Assembly: GCF_036321535.1 (NCBI RefSeq)
Contig: NC_087437.1
Location: 53,322,001-53,386,000 of the forward strand
Source: Camelus dromedarius
Taxonomy: Eukaryota
DNA length: 64,000 bases
Direction: 5' to 3'
In this document: positions 53,275 to 64,000 of the stretch, piece by piece
Position numbering within the stretch: the stretch's first letter is position 1
Layout: each line of letters starts with the position of its first letter
Program-made: the position numbers and the translations under genes
Notes under the pieces: model-generated
Databases searched by the model: none
Told to the model about the DNA's origin: nothing
The model's input: the letters and a program-made list of their open reading frames with translations, nothing else

Positions 53275-53909
53275 GTAGGGCATCATGGATGTACCTCCCC
53301 TCATCTTCAGACTACATTGACCCCTTAACATGTCTGCCCAGCGTTAGTAATGACAGGGCATTTGCCGCCTGTCCTTTTGAGCTCCACAATATAAATGGAG
53401 CTTGGGAATGTGAAATCATCAACAAATGGAAGGATGTTTCAGCCATGCCCTTCTCTCCCACGATCTTGTTGTTACAGGGCAGAACCGTCCTGGGTATAGT
53501 TGACAAGGCCACGTTTTTATTGGCAGGGCTGGAGAATGGGGGTTATTGGGGGTGGGATAGTAAGAGTGGTTTCTGAGTCTGAGAGACCAGGGGGCCAGAT
53601 CGGCCTGACAGCTCCCGGGTGGCTGCAGTTGTCGATGAAAAGGGTGACGCTGCTGGTGAAGATTAGCCATAAGGTAGGGTCCTTTTGCTCGTGGGACGTG
53701 AGTGTAAATCTACTGTCCCCAAAACAACGGGCGAGAAAAGGGCTACCACAGGCCAGTTACCCCTCTCCTGTAGCTCTGATGACCATCCTTTGTACTTAGG
53801 TAGTTCTTTTTTGCCAGATTTCTTGCAAATAAACAATATTATTATGGGCGAATTGGGTGGGGCTCCAATTAGCTCCAAAGCTAACCTCAGGAAACCGTCC
53901 TTTCTCCAG

Positions 53910-54227
53910 CCTGTGATCCTGCAGCCCCAGCCAGAGGCACCTACCCCGGTGGCGGAGGCAGACGCGCTCGGGCTTGAGCCAGTTGTCCAGCCCGAGCCGG
54001 AACCCCTGGAGATGATTCCCCCGAACCCCATCCCCGAGCCGCTGAACCGGGCGCACTACGACCTGCGCCACGCCTTCGCGGGTGTGGCCTCAGTGGAGTC
54101 GTCCTCAGGGGAAGCATTCCACGTGGGCAAAACACCCAAGGGGGTGCTCCCTGGCATTCCTGCTGCTGGCGGTCCAGGCCCAGTGATCCGCCCTTGCCCC
54201 GGGAGAATCAGATACTTCAAGATCTAG
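53910..54227 (+). CDS. AHSG: AHSG exon 7, Pro-rich domain 3 and stop
   Basis: PVILQPQP...HYDLRHAFAGVASVESSSGEAFHVGKTPK...PCPGRIRYFKI-TAG. Total CDS is 1083 nt (360 aa) with all 12 mature-chain fetuin cysteines. Confidence 0.97.
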   Translation, partial: PVILQPQPEAPTPVAEADALGLEPVVQPEPEPLEMIPPNPIPEPLNRAHYDLRHAFAGVASVESSSGEAFHVGKTPKGVLPGIPAAGGPGPVIRPCPGRIRYFKI

Positions 54228-54562
54228 AAGACGGTCAGAGATGTGAAGGTTTAGCCCAGAGAACATAGCCACCATTTTGTCCTAGTATGAGTATGGGTGG
54301 GGGCCTTGTCTGTTGTCACAGCAAGTGCTACATGTGGTCTAGGTTAATATCAAGTCTTGAATCTCAACTTCTCAGTCTTCAGAGGACAGAAGCAGAAGGG
54401 GTGATAGTTATGTTTGATTGAAGGCATAAGGTGAGCAACTTGATTGTCATTGTTTTGATGCTAAGCCACCACCATTGTGTTCTCGACCTTCTCTTGAACT
54501 CACAAAAATAATTGGAACTATGACTTTGAGAGGTGCTCATGCCAGGTTTATATCCACTTGTT

Positions 54563-54596
54563 AATAAAAAATGCCTGAAGGCCCTTTCTTAATAAA
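54563..54596 (+). terminator. AHSG tandem poly(A) signals
   Basis: AATAAA at 54563-54568 and 54591-54596, with T/GT-rich sequence downstream. Confidence 0.8.
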
Positions 54597-56697
54597 GAAG
54601 GTTCTAAGCTGAAATGTGGTCATGATTTTTGCCTACTTCACCCAAGCTCACATCTGTGGTCTGTCTTTTTTGTTTGTTTGTTTGTTTCCTGGGCTAAGCT
54701 GATTCACCTTTCACTTCTCATGGCCCTCATTATACAACCAGGTGTCTACAACAGCCTGGGAGGGTCGTAGGGAGGATCAAAGAGATGCTAGAAGTATATA
54801 CTTGGATCCTTCTTGACTCATTCTTGGTTCTCACTGTCTTCCCTGTCTGCTTCCTCTTCCTATCCTCTGAATTTGGTGGCTTCAGAAGATTATGTCCTTG
54901 AACTTCTCTTAAATGTGTACTTTCTGCTTGGCAAGTCCATCCTTTCTCGTCATTGAAACTCTAGATCTTATACAGATAATTTCCAAGTTTATAGCTCCAG
55001 CTCGGGCCTCTTTTTTGAATTCCAACACTGCATTTCCAAATGTCTCCAGGAGTTCCTCACTTGGATTTACCTAGGACAGTTTCCTATGTGATTTATTTTA
55101 TCTAAGAGATGCATATCTGAAGACTTAGCAGTATTCAAAATGTGCATATTTCAGAAAAATTTCTCCCCAGGAATAAACGTAAATTAGAGAGGATGAGTTA
55201 TGGAGCTGTTAAATACTGTGCTTGTGGCACATTTTTGCACTAAAGCTGCTCTATATTTTCTCAGCATCATCTTTACTATTCTCCTAAGTTGACAGCATTG
55301 CCATGTCTCATTTACCTGCCTTCTTTGGCTTTTTAATCACATCTACCTCCTCTTCTAAAGTTACTGAATTTCAAGTGTATTTTTCAATGCTTGTTAATAT
55401 TTGGCCGGTGTTAAGGTAATACAAATGTTTACAACTATAATAACAGCAAACATTAGAAGAACAGAATAGTCATTAAAATCACTCATTGAAATTTTGCTGT
55501 GCATGAAAAAAAGTGTGATTTCCAGGATTTTGTCAGTGATGGGTATTTCTCGTCCATGGGATGGTCATATGGCAGTGTTATAAACAAGGTTTACAATGTA
55601 ATTACTTTTTAAAAAATATTCAGTCTTTGGCTGATTTTTTAAAATTGGAGATTCAAATTGTTTCAAATTTTGTGCATAAATTGAGACTTTATTGCTATTT
55701 TAATGTCCCACTATTTAAAATTTGCATGATTCAAAAATCATACGAGGTAACTGTCTTATATGTTCAAACCTCTGCCAGGCCATGTCTGTTCCAGATTGAC
55801 TCTCATCCCCGCATCTTTCCCATTTTGGTTCATAACAGCTAGTTTGTCACCCAACAATGAGAATTTCATTCATTACAAGGTAAATTCTATTTTTATTTAG
55901 TGTTTAAGGTGTAAAGCAAGAATATACATGCTACATGATACAGCACTCTTAAAGTCAGTTTCCCAAATACTCATTTTCATAAAATATTGTTGGTGCTAAT
56001 CTGTATCACTTATTCCACCTCTAGCCCTTCCCCTACTCCCCATCCACACCCCCAAACCACCAAGGACCATTAGGAGTATATGAAACACAATGGCGACTTA
56101 CTAGGATTTTTATATTTATGATAATACATATTCATACATATGAATATATAACAATGTATATGTATTACCCATTCAGTAGGTGGTGACTCCAATCTTCTTC
56201 TCATTATGACCTACCGGAGTTAAGAATGCTCATACTGTTCATCACAGCAATATTTGAAAGAGCAAAAATTGTAAACAGTATAAATTTTCTATAACGATGA
56301 CTGGCTAACTACATTATATCCATTCTATGGGCTACTATAAAGAAATTTAAAATCATATTGCAGAAAAGTAACAATTTATAGAGCAAAATATTCACACTAT
56401 ATTTTGAAATGAAAAGGCAGATTTTTAAATATGATCATAATTTTGTAAAAATAATTTACATGTATAAGTATATTTGTATGTATATACACAGACACATGAA
56501 AACTACAAACTATCAAGAAGGAAAATACTAAAATATTAATAGTTGATTATACCTGAGTTACAGGATATTATGGAGTTGTTTTTCTTTATTGTATCAATAC
56601 TTTTTTCTATATTTCCTAAACTTTCTATAATCCTCATGTATTACTTTTATAGAAAAAGAGGTTTTGTTTTTGTTTTTGTTTTTGTTTTGGCTTAGAA

Positions 56698-56915
56698 CAG
56701 AGGTCAGCAAACTTCTTCTGTAAAAGGCTGGATAGTAAATATTTTTGGCTTCATGGGCCTTACGGTCTCTGTCTTAACTAGTCAACTCTGCTGTTGTGGC
56801 AAGAAGTGGCCATAGACATTACGTAGCTGCATGAGTGTGGCTGTGTCCCAATAAAATTTTATTTACAAAATTAACAGTGAGCTGCATCTGGCCTTCAGGT
56901 TGTAGTTTGCCAAAG
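56698..56915 (+). mobile_element. MER58A-like hAT-Charlie relic
   Basis: CAGAGGTCAGCAAACT..GATAGTAAATATTTT..GGCTGTGTCCCAATAAAATTTTATTTACAAAA..GTAGTTTGCC. Confidence 0.8.
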
Positions 56916-58204
56916 TTTTCCAGAACAGTGGAAATAAGGAGAAATGCAGTTAGGCAGTACCATGTGGAGTTGTGTGCTGGTCTCTGGAGTCAGAGTGATC
57001 AGACAAGGAAAACAGAGTGTTGTCCCTGGGGATGATGAATTTGTCTGGGTAATAGCAGGGTGAGGATGAAGGGCAGGAAGGTAAGTCAGGAGCTGAAGAC
57101 TTTACAACTGAGAGGGAGTGACAGAAGGTAAGAAGATGGCAGGGACAGGAAGGGGGAGGCTGATGCAGCCATGTGACATGACTCTCAAAGAAACAGGTTT
57201 TTCTGCAAGCACAGAGGACTAACGTCCTGGAAAGTAGCACTAGGGGATGGGGAAGATGTCAATGTTACTAAGTGTAAGTGTCCACTTCAAAGTTCTAATG
57301 GAGAAGTTGTGTCTTGGAGAAAAGCCAGGCTTGAGTTGAGTCCAGAATATGACGAGGTTAATAGGATAAGTGGGTAGGCTTACTTACTAAGAAATGGGAA
57401 TTTCAGAAGACAGAGTGGAAAGAAAGATTTGGGCATAAGAGGGATTGCTGATAGTATATCAGTTTAAGGGGGAGGAGGCAGAGAGCACAAAGAGGATGAT
57501 ACTGCCGGGAGAGGATGGATTAAAAAAAGGGATTCTGTTTGAGGCATGTTAGGCTTACAGAGATTAGTGTCTGGAACCAGCAGGCAGTAGCTTGCATTGA
57601 TTGTTGCCTGGTGATTCAAGAGCAGGCAATGGGATTAATTCATTCCCAGGTCCTCAGGACAGGAGACAACAGCAATATCTAGAGGATGGGAGGTCTTTTC
57701 CTAACCAGGTATCTGGCATTCCCTCTTTCCCCCATCCCATCTCACCCAAAGCTCATACATGGCTATGTTGCCTTAGGTCCCCGTTGAGACAAGCCATGGA
57801 TGGCACTGATTGCACAATAATGTTTTTATCATCTCTATTGCATCCTCCGTTGCATTCCCTTTTATTCACTTCACCATCTCTTGGTGCATTACCTGATGGA
57901 AGAATTCAACAAGCAAGAAAGGAAAGAATGACCTCCTAACCAATCTTGCCAGATCCAGTCCCTCCTCCTTCCAGCTATCCCATCTGGGCTGCCAGATGCA
58001 CATAAACAAAGTCCAGATTCTCCTAATCAAGAAGGATTCATATGATCACAGGTCTCCAAAGCAGGGGGTGCAAACCCCAGGGGATGTACAAGATAAGTCA
58101 CTGGCTTGTGGGGAAAAGTATCAGAAATCTATTTTTCTAGTTTTTAATATTTTACTATGTTTATTAGCTGCATACATTTTGATCACATTATAATGACTTT
58201 TCCT

Positions 58205-59325
58205 TTAAAAAAGACTTAATTTTTTGGAGCTGTTTTGGAGTCACAGCAAAATTAAGCAGAAATTAGAGAGATTTCTCATACACCCCTGTTTCCACACATG
58301 CCTAGCCTCTCTATTATCAACATTCTTGACCAGAGTGGTATGTTTATGGATGAACTTACACTGACAAATAATTATCACTCAAATTCCGTAGTTCATATTA
58401 AGGTTCATTCATGGTGTTGCACATTCTGCGGGTTTGGACAACTATGTAATATCATGTATCCACCATGATAGGATCATACAGAATAATTTCACTGCCTTAA
58501 ACATTCTATTATCCATCTATTCATCCCTCTCTCCCCCTCATCCCCTGGCAACCATTGATCTTTTTACTGTCTCCATAGTTTTGCCTTTTCCAGAATGTTA
58601 TATAGTTGGAATCATATGTTATGCTGTCTTTTCAGACTGACTTCTTTCACTTAGAAATATGCATTTAAGTTTCCTCCATGTCTTTTTGTGGCTTGATAGC
58701 TCATTTCTCTTAGAGCTGAATAATATTGCATTGTCTGGATGTACCACCGTTTATACATTGGTCTACTAAGGGACATCCTGGTTGCTTCCAAGTTTGGGCA
58801 ATTTTGACCAAAGCTGCTATAAACATCCATGTGCAGGTTTTTGTGTGGACATAAATTTTTGGTTCATTTGGATAAATACCAAGGAATACAACTACTGGAT
58901 TGTGTGGTAAGGCTGTGTTTGGTTTTGTAAGAAGCTGTCAAACTGTCTTGCGAAGTGGCTGTACCATTTTGCATTCCCACCAGCAATGGATGAGCATTCC
59001 TGTTGCTCGACATCCTCACCAGGATTTGGGGTGTCAGTGTTTTGGATTTTGGCCATCCCAAAAGGACTGTAGTGGTATCCCATGGTAGTTAATTTGCATT
59101 TCCCTGATAACATAGGATGAGAAGCATCTTTTTATATGATGGGTTTGCCGTCTATCTTCTTTTCTTTGGTGAGGTTCAGGTCTTTTGCCAATTTTTTAAT
59201 TGGGTTGTTAATTTTCTTATTGTTGAGTTTTAGGAGTTCATTAAGTATTTTGGATAAAATCTTTTATCAGATGTGTCTTTTGCAAAATAATTTCTCTCAG
59301 TCTGTGACTTGCCTTCTCATTCTAA
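58205..59325 (-). mobile_element. L1M(B)-type LINE 3' portion
   Basis: Antisense ORF2 C-terminal translation (GEDVEQQECSSIAGGNAKWYSHF) and L1MB 3'UTR motifs. Confidence 0.85.
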
Positions 59326-61648
59326 AGGACTTGATTTTTATTTATTTTAACTGCAAAGGAAAAGAATTAAGCTTTGCTAATATTTAGCATATCAATTATT
59401 GATATGAACATATATAATAACTAGTCATACATATATTGGGGACACATATTTAAATATTTTGTTACTAATAGGGCCTGCGATCAAAAACTTTAGAAGTCCC
59501 TATGCAAGGAATAAAGTCTAGATTCCCTATTTAGGCATTCAGGTCTTTACAAAACCTGCTTCCTCTCCTTCTCTATCCTATTTCCTGTGCAAACTACACT
59601 CTAACCAAATTCTACTAGATCTCATCTGAACAGACCGTGGGATTTCTTGTCCCTGTGCCACCTCATGCTACTCCCTGTCCACACTGCCTCTTCTCCCCCT
59701 CCCCCACCTCAACCCCATGGTCTAAGTGGTATTTCAAAACCCATCTCAAAAGGCGTTCCCTAAGCCCCAGCTGAAAATCCCCACCTTTTCCTGGACCTGT
59801 TTCATGGCACCGAGCCCCTTCTATTCTATTTTGTGGCTATTTGTTTACATATCTCAGATGGACTGGTCCATTTTAATTCATCCTCCTGTTCTTCAGCCTA
59901 TGTAGGACGTTGCCTTGTCCTTGGAAAGGCTCAAATAAAATCTTTGCTGAGATGAGATATGGTACGACGACACTCCTTCCTTCTACGTCCTCTCCAGTGG
60001 AAGGGTGGAGTGCAGCAGAGGCTGCAGTCTTCCTCTGCTCCATGTCGCTAAGGGCCAGCAACTGGTGTTGACACACTCCTGTCTCTGCATTGGCTTTTAG
60101 GATATTTTGCTACTCTCCCTGAAACATTCATTCTCCTCTGCCATTGGGCTGCCCCTTCCCATCCTTGTCATTAATAATCTGGCACCCCCAAGGATTCTCC
60201 CACATTCACCAGCGGCTTTAGACTTTCTCCTTCCCTGCCCTATCTGACTTCAACACCCCTGCTGATGGGTCACCACCCAACATCAGACTCTCTCCCCGAT
60301 CTTGCCCCCTCCTCTATCACTCCTCTGTTTCTGCCACCCTCCTGTGCCCACAGTCACACCCTCATGGAGCAGTTGTCCTCGTCCTAGATGGCAAAACTTG
60401 CTCCGCCCTTGCTCTGCCCTTAGCTGCATTTCCTCCACCTCTCATAGACCCTTGGTCAGGTTAAACTAGCTTTTCAGCCTGGCTAAGGACTTCAGTCCCT
60501 CATCTCTATTGGTCCAATCTACCGGACTCTTCCTGGTTTCACTTCCTTGTCTGTGAGCCCCAGTGCTGCAGTCTGTCATTTCAATGATACTCACACAAGC
60601 ATCCTCTGCAAGTCTTGACCCTCTGTCCCCTGGACTACATGCCTTTCCAGGGCCCAACTCCAGCTGGACTGTTCCATTCCTGTTCACAGCCTGGAGGTCC
60701 AGCTGAAGGGCTTCCCATCACTTGGCTCTTGGTGTCCTGACAAATGTTGCTCTCCAACCTCAGATGGGACCACAGGGCTCCCCACCCTCATGCTCCTCAT
60801 TCTTCCTCTACTTCCCATTCTGCACAATGGCTCATCCACACTTTTGCTTCTCTCAAGTCCCTGATCACACTCCCACATCTCGACCCTCAACAAACTGAAA
60901 CTCCCAGTTTCTAAATAAAAGAAATGATCCCCGATAAAAATTCCCTCTACTTCCCTCCAGTTTATCTCAAAGTCACCTGTTCTTACCTCATTCTCTCTTG
61001 CTCAGAGTGTCTTTCTCCTCTCTCAGCCTCCCCATTCCACCCCACCCGCTCATTTCCCTTAATTGTGTTGCCCTCCCCAGCATCCTTCCTACCCTAACAT
61101 CAGCCTCCCCCCTCCACTGATCACAAACACTCTCAGACAATCCCCATCCTAAAAAGCCACTCTCCCCTTGATCCTGCATCCCTCTCAAGCCACTTTCTAT
61201 CCCTCCCCTTCCCTTTACCACCAAACCTCCTCTTAAAAAACATTTCCTTAAATTTTCTTTAAATGTTACGTGCTCATTAAAGAAAATTTGGAGATGACTG
61301 AGAAGCTAAAAGAATAAAAACGAGTGCCTCCTGTGGTCCTAGAGCTCAGATGCAAACACCATTAACATCTTTCTGTGTGTAATTACTCTGCCTCCCACCT
61401 CCACTCCATGGAGGTGCTTTATAAAAGAGTCCAATTACCCTGTAGTTTCCATGGTCTAGCCAGCTCTTAAGCTTGTAATGTAACATTATAATCTAAGCAT
61501 TTTTGGTTACAACATAAGCCACACAAACATAATTTGTAACAGCTAGTCAGTGTTCCAACAAATGGACACACCATAGTTTACTTAACCTCTCCTACTGTTG
61601 GTATTTAGGTGGTTATCGCCTTTTCACAGTTGTAAGTGGCAGGACAGT

Positions 61649-62035
61649 TGTTAAAAACAAGACAACAGGCCCCAACTGGAGTCGCTTATGCTCAGCCCCA
61701 TTTCACCAAACTGAGATTTAACTTAATTAGTTTTGCATCTCCCAGAGATGAAATCCTAAACCAGCCAACCAGGAACTGCCTGGTCAGCACTAGTCAGGTC
61801 ATCTGCCTGGCAGACCCCTGCAACCCCATAAAGGAAAGTAACTTTCCAATAACCAACCTGCTGTTAAGCCTAGTATGACTTCCTTGTTCCCACCCCCTTC
61901 TGCCTGTAAAAGTCTTTCATTTTGTACAGCTCCTTGGACTTCCATTCTACCTGTAATAGAGGATGCTGCTATTTGAATCAATTTTTGCTCAAATAAACTC
62001 TTAAAAATTTTAATTTGCCTCAGTTTATCTTTTTA
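61649..62035 (+). mobile_element. Solo ERV1 (MER4-group-like) LTR inside an old L1 relic
   Basis: TGTTAAAAAC start, CCAAT, TGTAAAA, TTTGCTCAAATAAACTCT..AATTT..CTCAGTTTATCTTTT end. Confidence 0.65.
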
Positions 62036-62760
62036 TTAATGTTAATATGTATAACATTTCCCAATATTTATGAATACTTTCTAAGAGTAGAGTCTCAGAT
62101 ATAAAACTAATATTTGAAAGTAATATGAATATTTTAAGATTCTTGGCACTTATTATCAAATTGCTCTCCAAACAGATTTTACCCATGTACAGTCAAAATA
62201 TGAGAGTGCCCATTTTACTTAACTTTTGCCATCACTGCTTCACAGCACCATCACAGCATTATCACTGTTTCCCCCACCAAAGTGCTAACTTATAACTGCC
62301 TGAGTAATAAAGAGAGAATTTAGTATACCCCTATCACGTCTCAATCCTTTATACTTGGACTCATAATCATACCAATGGGATGAAATTACTCTGGAGAATT
62401 CTGACTTCTTTATTTGCCTAAACCGTTGATCCACTGATTTGTTTTTCCTTCTTAAAGTACTACTGAATCTCTGTACGCTGTTTGGTGCACTTGTTTACCC
62501 CCTCCTTGGAGCCCTTTGTCTGTCTCCATCTCTCCTGGCCGCCTCACGAATGTTAGAGTCCCTGAGAGTTTCGTCTTGACTCTTCTCACTTCATATGCCC
62601 TGCCTGTCAGTCTCACCTACCACACAACTTCAATTTATTCATTGGTCTTATTCCATAAAATGTCCTCCTTTGCCTGTATTTTAATCTCTACCCACCCCCT
62701 CCACTCTCATGGCCCTATACCCTCAGCATAGAAATGTACTCAAATCTTTTCCATTCCTTT

Positions 62761-62932
62761 TTTTTTTTTTTAAGGAAGTTTTTCCTTCCTAACTCACTTA
62801 AAGAAAAAAAAATTTTTGGTGGGGGGTAGGTAATTAGATTTATTTATGTATTTGTTTATTTAACGGAGGTACTGGGGATTAAACCCAGGACCCTGTTCGT
62901 GTACTTTACCACTGAGCTATACCCTCCCCCCT
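62761..62932 (-). mobile_element. Young tRNA-derived SINE
   Basis: GGTAATTAG..GGAGGTACTGGGGATTAAACCCAGGACC..ACCACTGAGCTATACCCTCCCC; flanked by TCCATTC..TTT repeats. Confidence 0.85.
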
Positions 62933-64000
62933 CCATTCTTTTTAAAGGCCCTTCCTCAGTCCTGTATTCCTCTCTTTCATTTATTCCTTTCTTCTGTTTA
63001 CAGCCAAGCTTTTAAGAACAGTGCTCTCAACTTCCTCAACTCCCATTTCTTTTTTGTTTGTTTGTTTTTATTGTTATTTTCTTATAATCTATGCAGCTAG
63101 GATTACAGAGGATGGGATGAAGTTAGCAATAAACTACATCAACAGGCTTAAAAGGGGAATTGGGTTATGTATCTGTACACCCCCACTACCACCACCGCAT
63201 TTGTTGTGAGGGCTGGATAAACAGTCCCTCTAAGGCTGTCTCTCTAGCTGATGCTGGAGCCTGAAGGCCACAGGGCATGTGTTCTGGAAGAGAAGACTGA
63301 TGCAAAATAGGGGGATGGAGAGCAGGCTGGAATCCACAAGCATCAGTGAGAACCCCATGAGGGCAGACTGACACCCACATCCATTCCTTTTCCTCTGACC
63401 TTGGTGAGGAGGGTATCCTGCTGAAGCTGGGTCTTTTGTCACTGCTACCTGGAATGATCTTTGTGACAACCAAACCCTTAAAACCCTCCCATGACTCCCA
63501 TGCTTTGAGAATGTATTCAAATCGTACAGCACAGAGGGCCCTCAGGTCCCTGCCTGCCTACCTCTCTGGCTGGGTAGCCTGCCCTCCGCCTGCTCCCCCT
63601 CCTCACCTCTTTCCATTCCCCTTCTAATTTACGCACGCACACATACACACACACTTGAGTCATATAAAATCACAGTAGAAATTACCCCTAATATTTGGGG
63701 CCCGGTTTCTTCAAAGTTAACAGTAATGTCAAAGTTTAGGTATCTTAATTCCAAAAAAAGAACACTTGAAAAACTATGTCATTACCTGTTAAAACAGAGA
63801 AGAGGCTGGGAATTGTAACCAATGAGGCTTTACAAGGGAGGTATCCCCCATCACATGTGGACTTTATTACGAAGAGTATGGCCTTGAGCTCTTAAGTTAA
63901 GTCGTCCGCTCTGTTGTCACTGACCAGTCATTAGCAGCCCCCTGGTGTCTGTTATCCACCACATGCCACTGGAGCAAATGATTCTCAAGTTGTTACGATA

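Overview
Mammalian genomic DNA, probably from a camelid (inferred from the young tRNA-derived SINEs and an artiodactyl-type fetuin). It covers the conserved TBCCD1 - DNAJB11 - AHSG block. TBCCD1 (- strand) is represented by its 5' end: a non-coding exon 1 and the first coding exon. It lies head-to-head with a complete 10-exon DNAJB11/ERdj3 gene (+, 1077 nt CDS, 358 aa). A complete 7-exon AHSG/fetuin-A gene follows (+, 1083 nt CDS, 360 aa). All exons were assembled by hand with GT-AG boundaries and consistent phase. The rest is intron and intergenic DNA with SINE, L1, L2, CR1, MIR, hAT and LTR relics; repeat family names are from memory and their boundaries are approximate. The most unusual structure is at 30.1-34.5 kb, where two different degraded ERV1 RNaseH-integrase segments are fused head-to-head and only one LTR is present. 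Other leads are an overlapping uORF with tandem acceptors in TBCCD1, a poly(A) signal 5 nt after the DNAJB11 stop, an ERSE variant in the DNAJB11 promoter, inverted repeats around DNAJB11 exons, and atypical substitutions in fetuin-A. I found no convincing evidence of a wholly new biological system.
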